DNA of 64,000 bases from Erysipelotrichaceae bacterium (GCA_015059065.1 SVBE01000007.1:759-64758), one strand, 5' to 3'. Positions 47,201 through 55,154 are shown, counted from the first letter of the stretch. Notes: generated from the sequence alone by a model not told the origin. Numbers and translations: made by a program.

Positions 47201-50200
47201 TTAGTACCAGTGCTGGTTCCACCATCGCTTTGACTTAAAACCAAGAAATTAAGGTCAGCTCCAATTTGGCCGTAAATGCCAAGTTGGAATGCGACAATAG
47301 AAAGGTCAAAGCCAAGTCCAGCAAAGGCTTCAATAGAAACACCTAATGCGATATCTAATAACATCGCACGGGCTGAATCTTTGCTACCAAACGAAACTTC
47401 TAAATCAGCGTGGAAACCAGCTTCTAAAGAAATGAAGATTGGGTATGGGCCACACATGAAAGTTTGGCTCCATTCATATTTGCCTTTAACGTTAGTGCCA
47501 ACGCTACCACCGCGGAAAGAGATATCCCATTTTCCGTCGTTAATTCCAGCGCGGGCTTCAAGGATAACAGTTCCATAGAAATTGAATTCTAATGAGCCTT
47601 TACCGTTATCTTTGCTATCTTTTTCATCCTTACCAGAATCCTCAAGTTCTTCGATGAGATCATTTATATTCTCGGCCATTTCATCTGGATTAAATTCCGC
47701 TGAAACGCCATCTTCTTCTTCATCACCGCCACGAGCATTCTCACCAACCATAGCGATAATGCGGAAAACAGCAGGATCTTGAGTAGGAATAATCATTAAA
47801 TCAACAGGGTTATCACCACCGACACCAGTGAGGTTACCGAGGAAGAGGAAACCTTTTTTGATTATGTCGTTGACATTGATACTGCGGAAAATTTGACCGA
47901 TATCAGTTGTTTCGCGTAGTTCATCACGAATTTCTTTTCCGACAGCGATTGCACCTTCTTTACTATCAACGAGACTTGTATGATTAGAAACATTAGTTAA
48001 ACCAAACGGCATGTTAAAGCTTGCCACGGTTAGTTCACCACGCGTAAAGACAGCTTTGACACGGGTTGTTGGAGTATTAGTTGTATCATCAATCCCATCA
48101 GCTTTCATGCCATCATTAGTCATCGTATAAGTACTACGAAGCATTGGCACAGTGGAGAATGGGAAGAGGAAATATGTTGCGTTTTTAAGTTGATCGAGAT
48201 TTAAAATCTGGGTAGCGTTAACACTTTCTCCTGATAAATCAGTTTGACCAGTGAGTTTTTTGCCATCAATCGTTTGTAGCGCAAACTTCACGACATCATC
48301 ACCTGAATATGTGGAATAGCCTTTATCATCAGAAGTGACAGTAACTCCAGGTAAAGCGATATCAGTATATAAAACGGCTTTGCTGAAATTAGGTGAAATA
48401 CCAATATTACCTGTCGCGTCAATCACATTACGAATATTGCTAGAAGGTCTATTTCCATTTAAATATTGTTGATATTCTTGACGGGTAATTTGTGGAGAAG
48501 TGGCTTGACCACGAACATATTGAAGATTGATTGAAGAGGCTGAAGGGTCTTTTGATAAAGAATCAACGACAATGTATCCAGGTTGATAGCCTTTGACACG
48601 ATATTCGTAAACATAAGTGATTCCACGTCTAATACCGTTATCAGCTTTGAGTTGAGTGATATCGTAATAAAGGCTCACTTTACCATTATTCACGTTGACT
48701 TCAACATCTTCGCGTACGATTGGAGTACTTTCATCCTTTGTAGGGCGCACACCGACATCAGGACTATAATCTTTACCTTTATAAACACCGACGCGGAGAG
48801 TTGCAGCACCAGTATATGGTCTACCATCTGGAGTAAAAATAGATAATACTTGATCAGAAATAGGTGCTAAAGAGAGATTGTTACATGGGTAAATCTGGAG
48901 TTGAGTGATATTGCGTTCACCAGAGACGAGTTTGGAATTAGGTATCGTACCAGCGTAAGTTTTATTGTCGTAGTCGCTCATCGTGAAGACATCACTAGCG
49001 ATGCCGTCCGGTTCGTAGACGATGAGTTCGCCGTCATCATTACTGTGGATTTCACGTAATACGCCTTTTCCGTTAGTGTAAGTCACATAAGTTTTCACTT
49101 TAGGCGAGAAGCGGAAAAGATAGAGTTTGTTATGAAGAGTTGTTACCGTCAAATTGACGCTTTGGGTCATACCAGTTGTCGCATGAGTTGCAGTAATAGT
49201 AACTGGAGCGTCAGCACTACGGTCTTCAGTAGCCACGATTAAGAAGTTCGTGGATGGAATATAGGATGTATAACTATAGTTACGAAGATCAGAATATTTG
49301 CCGTTTTCTTCGTGATTTAAAGTAACAGCATCACTGGCTTTGCCATCGGCTTCTAAAGATGCCCAACGCATTCTATCAGAAATCGCACCCCAAACACCAT
49401 CACCGTAGTTAACAGAAATAACACGTTGGAGTCCGACATCGCGTCTAAGAGCATCAAAATCGTAATTACTGATTTGGTAGCCAGCACCTTCACCATCTTC
49501 ATCTAATAAATCTTGGATTTTCGGATTGTTATCAATATTGATGGTACCAGTGGCTACATCAACACCTTCTGTCTTGCTTCCACCAGTGGAACCACCGATT
49601 TGACCAAGGGCAACATCCTTGATAAGTAATTTTAAAATATTGAGGTTATAAACAGTAAGCACCATAGAATCTACACTCCAAGGATCGGTATCCTTGTTAC
49701 GAGCGTAAACTGTGATAGTATAGGCTTTGCGTAACCCTTCAAATGATTCTGGAGCGAATGGAATTACACCATCAGTTGCATCTTTCATCTCGCTGACTTC
49801 TTCGCCAGATCCTTGAATAGTATATTTAACTTCAGCATTTGCTGTAGCGTTTTCTAATTGGTAAGTAATAGTTGGGATATTTCCGGTATCAATTGAAGCA
49901 GAATCCACCTCACCAAGCTTCACACGCGCTGGGGATTGCTTGACGTTGATATAAATTATCGTGGAGAAATTCTGTGTTTCAGTTCCGTCGCTATAATCAG
50001 CGCTGATTTTCACCGCATATGTCCCAGCTTGACTTAAAGCTGATCCTGGTACGGTGATATGAGTCTTCAAATTATCTTTGGAAGCAGGGAATTCACCCCA
50101 ACCTTCCACCGTCACTTTTTTAGCGTTAGAAGGTAATGTATCAGGATTGCTGCTATCAATGCCTCCAACTTGGTATAATTCGGCATTAAAAACAGTGCCA

Positions 50201-52503
50201 CCTTCTAATTTGTTATATTGGGCAATATTCGATGAAAACATGATATCAGTATCAAGCCCAACAGTGGTTTGTCTAATTCGTGAAGAAGCTAAAACCTTCA
50301 AATATGGTTCATACTTAGGTTCTAAAACACGGAAAAGGATAGGAATTTCAAAATCTGGTGTGTATTTATCGTCTACTGGATCAAGATAAGCTGGAAAAAG
50401 CTCGGCCTTAAAATGTTCTTGAGAGGTTATTTCCGCATCTGATGTTGTGAGTTTGAGCGGATTGATTGTGGCTATCCACAAATTGTCCTCGTAACTAGCC
50501 TCAATTTCATAAGTACCATTAGAAGGTTGTTGCCAGTTCACAGTTTCAATAACTTTTCCAGTCGGTCCTGGAGTAAACGTGGTACGATCGCTAACGCGAA
50601 GTGCAACACGAAGGTCACTGTCCCACAAATGGATTGGGGCGATAAGCGCCTCTTCTCCTGTGCTGAGTGTTGTCTTTTGCGCTTCTGCGTAGGCGTTATA
50701 AAGATCTTCCGTCACCATCAGTTCAATATCCATTTGACGTTCAGGACGAGTTGAATAAGTCGGATAAACATAAGGGAAGTCTGGATTTTCTGGATTATTA
50801 AGTTTCAAAAAGCCATTGGCTGCCACTTCATAACTGCCTTCAGGTCGCGTAACATACTCTCGGTATTCCGCCTGTCCAGACCCCCACCATAAATTGTCTA
50901 CTGTCGTAACCGGTGGAACATAATAACGGAGTACTCTTCCATAAATTTCTGGGGCTGTAGCAGGGTAATCATACATTTGCCACGATTCATTACCAGAAAC
51001 TTGCCAATAATGGTTCCCAGCTTGATCAATTCGTGTTTCATCCCAGCTGAGAACATGTTTTTTTGGCTCAGCCGAAGCCCAATCATTAAGGTTGCCAGTG
51101 AGATTTCCTTCGGGATCCACGAACAAGCTGAGACAATCTCTACGGAAAGATTCAGCTATTGATGGTTCTTCATCAACGCGCTTTGTCACCATCTGCACCT
51201 CGGTAGGGTTCAAATCTATTTCTATTTCGTTTCGATCATAAAGATTTATGGGTTTTCTACCACCATGGCATGCATTAGCGGGCGCAGTGTAACGCGTGGC
51301 AACCGCCACAACTCTTTCCGCGTTTCCTACCTTTTGTTCAATTAAATAAACAGGGAAACGGTAAGGTCCATTACTATATCCGCCATGGCGGTTATAGAAA
51401 TAAGCAAAATACATGTATGCAAAATAATATCTGATGTTGACCTTACCATAAATAGGTAGTTCCATTTCTAGACCTATACCATTTTTTGAAAAGTCAACCA
51501 CTCTGCCTGCATCAACATCGCTAGCGATAAGGTTTTGAAGCGCATCATCTTCTATTAACGGCAAAACGGCAGTCACTACAGGGTGCCCACGGTCTTTATC
51601 ATCAACGCCGACGATGGCTTTTGACCAATCAAACATATCTCGTCTGAGATTGCCTTCAGTCTGTGCATGTTTAACTACTGATGAATCTGGCCAATACAAA
51701 TATGGAGTGGCTATGCCAGAGGTATCATCATACATTTTTACTATATGGGTGAAAGATTTGTTAGGCGAAATAAAAGCGTGGTTTGGCTCATAAACACTAC
51801 CGCTAATATAAGGTGCGTAAGTCGTTGTCCACCCATCCCCAGTTAGTTCTAGCTTTTCGTTCTCTAAAAGTGTGTAATCCTTTTCGCTCTCCTCCCCTTC
51901 GGTGGATTGATCCTCAGTAGAATTCAAGGTGACAGAGCTTTTCTTCAAGGTGTTTTTGAGATCAGAATTCCCACCTTGGATGCTACGAACTAAAGCTTCT
52001 AAGTTTTTAACATGTTCGTCTGTAACATCGATATCTTGTTTTAGTAGTTCAGCAATTTCTAGCGCGGTGCTCACCTGCGTAATTTTAAGAATTTGATCAG
52101 TTGTAGCGGGTTTTCCATTAACAGTAATATTTCCTACTTCTTCACCGCTGGAGATACGTTTAGCAAGTTCAGAGAGTTCGACATTTTTACCATTTTCACG
52201 TAAATCAAGTTCTTTCATCGTTCCATTTTGGTCGATGATTCCGGCTTTATACATCGCTTCTAAATCTTCTTGGGCGCGTGTTTTGTCGTTGTAGGCTTGG
52301 CCTAAAGCACTAACTAAGGAGTCTGGGAATTCGGTTTCGCCATTCAAATTAGGATACACTCTGTTAGGATCCATCTGGGCAATGTTTTCCGAATCAAGCG
52401 TTTGAACGCTAGGGAAGGCGTGATAGTCTCCTCCTGTGCCACAAGCACTCAAAGAAAATGCCAATAAACCAATAAATGATAATACGTAGTTCTTTTTCTT
52501 CAT
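38269..52503 (-). CDS. Giant (4,744 aa) cell-surface adhesin-like lipoprotein with a C-terminal 3-TM anchor and cytoplasmic tail
   Basis: This is an uninterrupted 14.2-kb frame. The start is set at the ATG at 52503 (MKKKNYVLSFIGLLAFSLSAC-GTGG, lipobox) rather than the TTG at 52563. Recognisable modules are: Flg_new repeats (about 44290-44515 and 43130-43345); a jelly-roll/lectin-like domain (~42400-42750); Ig-like/Big_2-like segments; an Fn3-like domain (~40810-41030); MBG-type repeats (~39940-40490, e.g. KVLTVSANPNNIVYGDVP...YTITP...NYSFNYVSGVLTV); three TM helices (39015-39262); and a ~247-aa tail (38269-39014). Confidence 0.9.
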   Translation of the reverse strand: MKKKNYVLSFIGLLAFSLSACGTGGDYHAFPSVQTLDSENIAQMDPNRVYPNLNGETEFPDSLVSALGQAYNDKTRAQEDLEAMYKAGIIDQNGTMKELDLRENGKNVELSELAKRISSGEEVGNITVNGKPATTDQILKITQVSTALEIAELLKQDIDVTDEHVKNLEALVRSIQGGNSDLKNTLKKSSVTLNSTEDQSTEGEESEKDYTLLENEKLELTGDGWTTTYAPYISGSVYEPNHAFISPNKSFTHIVKMYDDTSGIATPYLYWPDSSVVKHAQTEGNLRRDMFDWSKAIVGVDDKDRGHPVVTAVLPLIEDDALQNLIASDVDAGRVVDFSKNGIGLEMELPIYGKVNIRYYFAYMYFAYFYNRHGGYSNGPYRFPVYLIEQKVGNAERVVAVATRYTAPANACHGGRKPINLYDRNEIEIDLNPTEVQMVTKRVDEEPSIAESFRRDCLSLFVDPEGNLTGNLNDWASAEPKKHVLSWDETRIDQAGNHYWQVSGNESWQMYDYPATAPEIYGRVLRYYVPPVTTVDNLWWGSGQAEYREYVTRPEGSYEVAANGFLKLNNPENPDFPYVYPTYSTRPERQMDIELMVTEDLYNAYAEAQKTTLSTGEEALIAPIHLWDSDLRVALRVSDRTTFTPGPTGKVIETVNWQQPSNGTYEIEASYEDNLWIATINPLKLTTSDAEITSQEHFKAELFPAYLDPVDDKYTPDFEIPILFRVLEPKYEPYLKVLASSRIRQTTVGLDTDIMFSSNIAQYNKLEGGTVFNAELYQVGGIDSSNPDTLPSNAKKVTVEGWGEFPASKDNLKTHITVPGSALSQAGTYAVKISADYSDGTETQNFSTIIYINVKQSPARVKLGEVDSASIDTGNIPTITYQLENATANAEVKYTIQGSGEEVSEMKDATDGVIPFAPESFEGLRKAYTITVYARNKDTDPWSVDSMVLTVYNLNILKLLIKDVALGQIGGSTGGSKTEGVDVATGTINIDNNPKIQDLLDEDGEGAGYQISNYDFDALRRDVGLQRVISVNYGDGVWGAISDRMRWASLEADGKASDAVTLNHEENGKYSDLRNYSYTSYIPSTNFLIVATEDRSADAPVTITATHATTGMTQSVNLTVTTLHNKLYLFRFSPKVKTYVTYTNGKGVLREIHSNDDGELIVYEPDGIASDVFTMSDYDNKTYAGTIPNSKLVSGERNITQLQIYPCNNLSLAPISDQVLSIFTPDGRPYTGAATLRVGVYKGKDYSPDVGVRPTKDESTPIVREDVEVNVNNGKVSLYYDITQLKADNGIRRGITYVYEYRVKGYQPGYIVVDSLSKDPSASSINLQYVRGQATSPQITRQEYQQYLNGNRPSSNIRNVIDATGNIGISPNFSKAVLYTDIALPGVTVTSDDKGYSTYSGDDVVKFALQTIDGKKLTGQTDLSGESVNATQILNLDQLKNATYFLFPFSTVPMLRSTYTMTNDGMKADGIDDTTNTPTTRVKAVFTRGELTVASFNMPFGLTNVSNHTSLVDSKEGAIAVGKEIRDELRETTDIGQIFRSINVNDIIKKGFLFLGNLTGVGGDNPVDLMIIPTQDPAVFRIIAMVGENARGGDEEEDGVSAEFNPDEMAENINDLIEELEDSGKDEKDSKDNGKGSLEFNFYGTVILEARAGINDGKWDISFRGGSVGTNVKGKYEWSQTFMCGPYPIFISLEAGFHADLEVSFGSKDSARAMLLDIALGVSIEAFAGLGFDLSIVAFQLGIYGQIGADLNFLVLSQSDGGTSTGTKLTIAGEIGIKVKIKVLFISYSKKFASTGFNWTKKWNKYDQILNNWSDQGYGQLFGLTRSGRAYTMLLMPDGNAVVAIDGEAELETRDYLELEERAWNNGVNNNTRLLRASSPISSVQNNAYPYSHPVFTDDGEMFLYISDNDNAKNVESVASYALSNGTGYDDKGRIDTSKDNVLSDLDVVASGSKDNAFAAWVKQVETVDPIWNTPTSNDDLGMMFNATEIYGSYYNGTEWTTTRLTDNTVADMSPTIASYGNKAIVAWRSMNATSMDASDSSDITSVFNEENNINYRIYNGSIWTDAKVAYNGSAGTVNAIDSAMLSDGTAIITYTVRTGNEVTSTETFYTVIKADGTILTTGRLTNDSFTDTNAKATAVNEGDGYFVIGWYSEHSDGSGASTDYDEDGSSSTKEVVAHDIRLARINANGSYDVNFLESIGGNSSSSITSDFRFSSPINNTDLTKVSIVWSQRKNSEEAQDAGKYQLNGVRFFRNDGNIGVTSVTTLGETDQNYTIDNYDVFTDSEGAVHAIILGSDYNAIKGIHVYDSIDLNAAGNKVITEENSSEPDNLDILDGEAISSLKLATGTFPTYSADVNAEIFIKDVMPGFSTPVKFTITNTGSDTLGTVSVKIGEQSKEYALNLLPNQSTTLLASYDVPEEVKDVKYSLIFDSAELASGTLAFNRPDVGISTIKIVKEYEGMRDVRVTLNNSSNIPLAGSGKKVELVFMTDPIQKTQVGETITIPESAYAEIDNGTYNYVATLKAADIAKIGKGEELPDGGVTLYARAYVVDVDEPNTRNNEASVTVDGLLSRNNGARYTIDSTLEQNNDGYVVHGLITNNSISDVTTGTPVAVLYDADGNLIAKKEMSSSSLIKGESQMTVDAAFLSSDIEEGHTPAYADIKFIYNISFNVNGGEGEYGVLTTDLDGHIVMPENSPVPPKATPEVFFRGWYTSQEGGKEVNGETVFESNLTVYARYTKHEHVLELSKGDDDTILVKCVSTVNDKCTFEDHDRVITLTIEAPQRAESGYGTPDAKIIGPEELTDNLRISYYEATGNGQRGKALSQAPGAPGKYWAEFTFEGENGSVTASTVYEIPDLTAGAPIADLPNFAKIDNPSLIINSQSCSASLAYAWMSKNQESFMRSGSDVAPVVIYSYDQRMNYYYYLRLNLPWGEIYGDSLPLDEFAEQMNEGEIEVYIMDGTFEKTPSFAEFHQINSPEEITSLNRGNLNDVLAWIAVHEKEFPRGRVLLDSLDNSYVYFEYSPLRAEIRFGDPFANASGPVFLPEHTDKVNPYSKHTVTYVMNEAEHVAVSMSYYTKSIIKLYDGAEFASSDKVLVGWKRSPNDTSIAYLPGQEIEITSSLELYPVWKYIHQWNINYYSWGFEARCEVEGHYATVVLRPQAVSKIYDGENALPYTVDGDWSEENGLPMPTITYYVNGEKVSEAKDVGTYTAKVSLNDHEINVGEFQITKRVVSIIADDIKKYEGQEDPELTVHYDGVSNDVCFVNDSTYPWKIVNEGGRDYAISGNARRNNTTSTLTLNVNLSKDGTLKFDYRTGQNSWYQTCPSRFIVDGNEIFKEYSNTDWKSYSYQLAAGSHVIKWSYEVTSDWPIDRDYLSLDNILIETEGSVTQEEDANDGDVTFAHAINSIGGIASNDKLDYSIAREAGENKGTYAITVNAGNNPNYDVQVVKNGTFTILGKSQVIEANDITGVYGESVNIGAKVITGDGTLSYKVISGDAVTVDEQGNLTFMKIGDAVVEITASKTDTYAETTKTINVTVKGKAMSVTANDIQATEDGKPHGVSVSVNEPTEGYTIKYGFTEGKYAFFTSPTLEEPGTLTVYYRVTADNYETVTGSVTLTLLSHSHNFTYTVGSGEKANTITATCAGNDCPLPGRQAVLVINAPSGNLVYNGAAHLATITDEYGIAGEAKIVYAVKGTDGSFAPLSESSPVNAGVYRASITIGEGENAVTAYVDYEIKPAKITNASVEPVGILVYNGAAQTPIVNGNAETVNGQPITFTYSLSENGTYGSMPSFTNVSEAGTIYFKASAPNHEDAYGSFEIVMHKSTQDAPSAPTLSRASGNTITLVAKEGYEYSRDGTNWQDSATFTGLSKNSEYTFYQRLKETDNQYASPSSASINFFTTNHSHEWVNFVVTGNTITATCADSDEGHGDEKDATMTIVAPTLNVYGGTGNANATVNNDIDDIVIPTIVYKQGDTVLSSAPTGAGTYTAFITLKGEDIGQDADVTASVTYTIAKKVLTVSANPNNIVYGDVPTGAGVIYEGFLPGEDESVLGGTLDYTFSYAQYDDVGTYTITPKNLESDNYSFNYVSGVLTVSPKEVTVTIDKKTSHYGDEPVALTGSSEDIFASDENVYSLTSEVSKTSNIGSYDIVGTDISDNYVVTFVGGEDAYIVTRRPITAKAEDKTIKSGEQIPALTLTVNEELSAEALALIKENINLACNGNVSATGKYPITLSFKEGVTSESILDNYVVTLEEGNLYVLTSVLTDNSNDTATGVEILLENENEAFDYNVSVSIDVTTPAEATGSSLDYSQISSQYVDRRSEISEVYSITLYRTEIVDGVEKMVEIQPSDLKEGLNLIIKIEIPEYLVGRNFRILHIHSQSDIEYVDASNLQIKDGYVYVKVNRLSDFAFVNLKASEEMNHGGFCLGWLTLIFDILLAAYFVVYMILKRKKLLGTIGLGTSGAVTIFAVIVLIFHICYESIIGLVLSVLLLILFLVFFLLSKKDNKSEENKIAASLEDNGSIAKKESENELDEPIQENSLKAEETPKEKDSNATSMENNQVEALEDDKPTESLDNNPVVEEKAIEEVISSTDIDDSKHGYKKSFLARMSQSNEKNKEYYSILKNEGMAYNGAKSRLSWSNDSIVVGRKQVVKFSLRGTTLCAYFALNPDGFDSNKINVEKAQAAKYKNAPCMLRIKNKGDVAKAKRLIARSAKSQGVSKGELPDVDYRMPFESNEELVKQGLAKEKKAR

Positions 52504-52707
52504 ATGACGTACGTTTCCTTTCAATTTTGTGATTACCACTTTAAAAAGTGGACCAATTGACAAGAAAAAAATATCAAAAAAAACATATGAAATAAATAAT
52601 TTATTAATGGAATTATACTTTTTTTACATAGATGTAACTCAGTAGTTCACTTTTATTGAAACTAAATGCATTTTGCTTCTGCAATAATAAATGATTTTTT
52701 TCTACCC

Positions 52708-54081
52708 TTAATATTTGAGTTTATATATGGCGTCACCATCTATTTGTTTATAAGGCAAATCATTATTCGTAAAGCCATTAACGTTCACAAGCGAAATACG
52801 TTCTACTTTAATTTCTTTGATTTTGAATATCTGATCAACTTCGTGGTTGATGAGATCAACACTTAATGGGTCTTTATAATATTTCACTTCGCATATTTCA
52901 TAACCATCATTGCAGTTAATAACGACATCAAATTGTCCGTTTGTTTGGCTGATTGGGTCATCATAATAATAGGTGCCAATTTCTTTTATATCGTTTCTAA
53001 TATTGTTTCTGCTGAGAAGAGAATAATATTCTTTCACTTGGTCTTCAAAACGAAGTGAAACAAAGGATATAAGTGTGTCCTTAATGTAATTGTTATAGAA
53101 ATTGCGTGTTCCAATATCCTGAATGATATTTTTATTTTGATAGATATATGTGTAATAAAACCTCAACACATTATCACTTATTTCATAATATCCTTTTTTC
53201 TTATCGGTTTTCTTATTGATAGGTTGAACTTTTCTCACTAGTTCAAGTTCCACGAGTGAATCTAAAGCGCGGTTGATGATTCCGGTGTTTTTATTGTCTA
53301 ATTTATCTTGAATCTCTTTATATTTTTTTCTGCTATTTCCTAAATAAGACAATATCCTTCTCGCTTGAAGCTCTCCACTCACATCGGTGAGAAGCACTTT
53401 ATCCGCATATTGATAAATCATGCTATTTTCGTCAAGAAGCGTGTGGATGATATTATCTTCATAATTAAGCGAATCATCAATTTCTTGATTAACAAAAGGA
53501 GACCCACCAAAAATAGATCTCATAATTATCGAATCATATATTGAATAACTAGGATAGAACTCCTTTGCTTCGATATAATTTAATTCCCTTAATTTAATAA
53601 TTTTATTAAAACGACCAAATAAAGGGTTTCCTTCTTTTAACACCGTTTCCATCATCCTTACTTGGGAACCGGAAATGATTAGATTTATGTTAGAAAGGTA
53701 ATTATCTATGATCGATTGAAAATGACTATCAATAGTTTGAGAATCGTTTAATTCTTTTAAATAAGGATATTCATCAACTACAATATAGAACCTATCATCT
53801 AATGTATTTAAATATTGAAATAAGCTGACAAAAGAATCTCTAGACACATATTCGGGTATCACAATACCTTTATTGACACATAAATTAACAAACGACTTAA
53901 CGTTTTCTATAAGTGTATCTTTTAAGCATTCAAAACAAATGAAATTCTTTTTGTTATTTAATGCATGATTAATAAGGGTGGTTTTTCCCACTCTACGCTT
54001 GCCGTAAACGAGCAAAGCTTGGTTGCGTTTATCAGCAAACTCTTCAATTATTTGAATCTCTTTTTGACGGCCAACAAACAT
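52708..54081 (-). CDS. AAA ATPase, archaeal-ATPase/DUF234 type (orphan)
   Basis: 457 aa. It has Walker A GKRRVGKTT and Walker B YIVVDEYPY, plus a C-terminal winged-helix/DUF234-like region. AAGGAA SD lies 7 nt upstream of the ATG. Confidence 0.75.
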   Translation of the reverse strand: MFVGRQKEIQIIEEFADKRNQALLVYGKRRVGKTTLINHALNNKKNFICFECLKDTLIENVKSFVNLCVNKGIVIPEYVSRDSFVSLFQYLNTLDDRFYIVVDEYPYLKELNDSQTIDSHFQSIIDNYLSNINLIISGSQVRMMETVLKEGNPLFGRFNKIIKLRELNYIEAKEFYPSYSIYDSIIMRSIFGGSPFVNQEIDDSLNYEDNIIHTLLDENSMIYQYADKVLLTDVSGELQARRILSYLGNSRKKYKEIQDKLDNKNTGIINRALDSLVELELVRKVQPINKKTDKKKGYYEISDNVLRFYYTYIYQNKNIIQDIGTRNFYNNYIKDTLISFVSLRFEDQVKEYYSLLSRNNIRNDIKEIGTYYYDDPISQTNGQFDVVINCNDGYEICEVKYYKDPLSVDLINHEVDQIFKIKEIKVERISLVNVNGFTNNDLPYKQIDGDAIYKLKY

Positions 54082-54091
54082 ACGTTATTCC

Positions 54092-54128
54092 TTACTGACA
54101 TTTTTGTTACTAACATTTTTGTCAGTAA
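54092..54128 (-). promoter_or_regulatory. 9-bp perfect inverted repeat TTACTGACA-N19-TGTCAGTAA abutting the SD of the DUF234 ATPase gene
   Basis: 54092-54100 pairs with 54120-54128. The direct repeat ACATTTTTGT (54098-54107 and 54113-54122) is embedded in it. No U-run follows, so it does not look like a terminator. Confidence 0.4.
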
Positions 54129-54187
54129 AATTATAACTTAGTTATTTCTCTTTTTCAACACCTGTTTGGTGCCATGTTTTGTTGTAA

Positions 54188-55084
54188 TTAGAAGAAAAAC
54201 AACGACATTCCAATTAAGGCTACAACAATCTGGGCGATATCTTGTAATTTTGGTTTCTTTCTATAGGCAATGCAGCCAATGATGAGGGAGAAGACAATAC
54301 ATCCAGCGTTAGATAATGGGAATAAGATAGAAGCAGGTATAGTATCCGCGAACATATACTGCATAAACATCCCAAAGCCGTTAAGTAAACCATACAACAC
54401 GCCGAATAAAACTGGTTTATAATTCCATAATTCCTTTGCTTCTTTTTTGTTGAACATCGCTAAAAAGAAAAATGATAAAGTGGATATAATAAATATCCAA
54501 CTATACATATAGAACATATATTCTTTAATAGATAAGCCGTTCCCGGAAACGATATGCATCTTATTGATCGTGCCAAAGAAACCATTCGCGAGGAACACCC
54601 CGATACACAATATCCAGAAGATCCAAGAGGATTTCTTATCCCCTTTCTTTTCAAATATTACAGGGATTAATAAACATAAAAGGATGAGAACTAAACCGAT
54701 GATATGCCACCACTTAATCGCTTCTTGGAAATAAGTGATACCAAAGATATAGGCAACCGACATTCCACCAGCCACATTGAATAAAGAATAGATTTCTACT
54801 CTCCCTAAAGAAAGAGCTTTTAATCCCGCGAATTGAAGCAACATCTGAATGCCTGCCGCTAATAAGGACATCAACAAAGTATAAACTGAAAAGCCAATTA
54901 TAAAACCATTAAGGGCTAAGAATATAAAGGCTCCAGTAAAGGCAAACAAACTACAGAACAATAAGATGCTCTTATATGATTTGCCGTTTTTTGCTTGATA
55001 GGCATCAAGAGCGATAAACTGCCCACCGAATAATACTGTTGATAATACGATTAAGAAATATTCCATAGCAAAAATATATAACAA
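54188..55084 (-). CDS. 10-TM membrane protein, DMT/EamA-superfamily-like transporter
   Basis: 298 aa. Two ~5-TM halves are visible by eye. No diagnostic motif was recognised, so the superfamily call is tentative. Confidence 0.4.
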   Translation of the reverse strand: MLYIFAMEYFLIVLSTVLFGGQFIALDAYQAKNGKSYKSILLFCSLFAFTGAFIFLALNGFIIGFSVYTLLMSLLAAGIQMLLQFAGLKALSLGRVEIYSLFNVAGGMSVAYIFGITYFQEAIKWWHIIGLVLILLCLLIPVIFEKKGDKKSSWIFWILCIGVFLANGFFGTINKMHIVSGNGLSIKEYMFYMYSWIFIISTLSFFFLAMFNKKEAKELWNYKPVLFGVLYGLLNGFGMFMQYMFADTIPASILFPLSNAGCIVFSLIIGCIAYRKKPKLQDIAQIVVALIGMSLFFF

Positions 55085-55154
55085 TATTAATTATATTGAT
55101 AAGAAGAAAAATAAGATAAAATAGTAAACGCTTAAAGAAGTGAGAAAAAAATAT

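Noticed and set aside
52504-52563. N-terminal extensions offered by the ORF track: giant gene TTG at 52563, 28656 for the HTH-membrane gene, 59140 for the GGDEF gene, 16109 for rnfG and 9635 for the peptide gene.
   Set aside because: In each case an internal ATG has a proper SD at 7-12 nt and/or yields a canonical signal peptide or lipobox or a domain start. The extension would also overlap a neighbouring gene or its SD.
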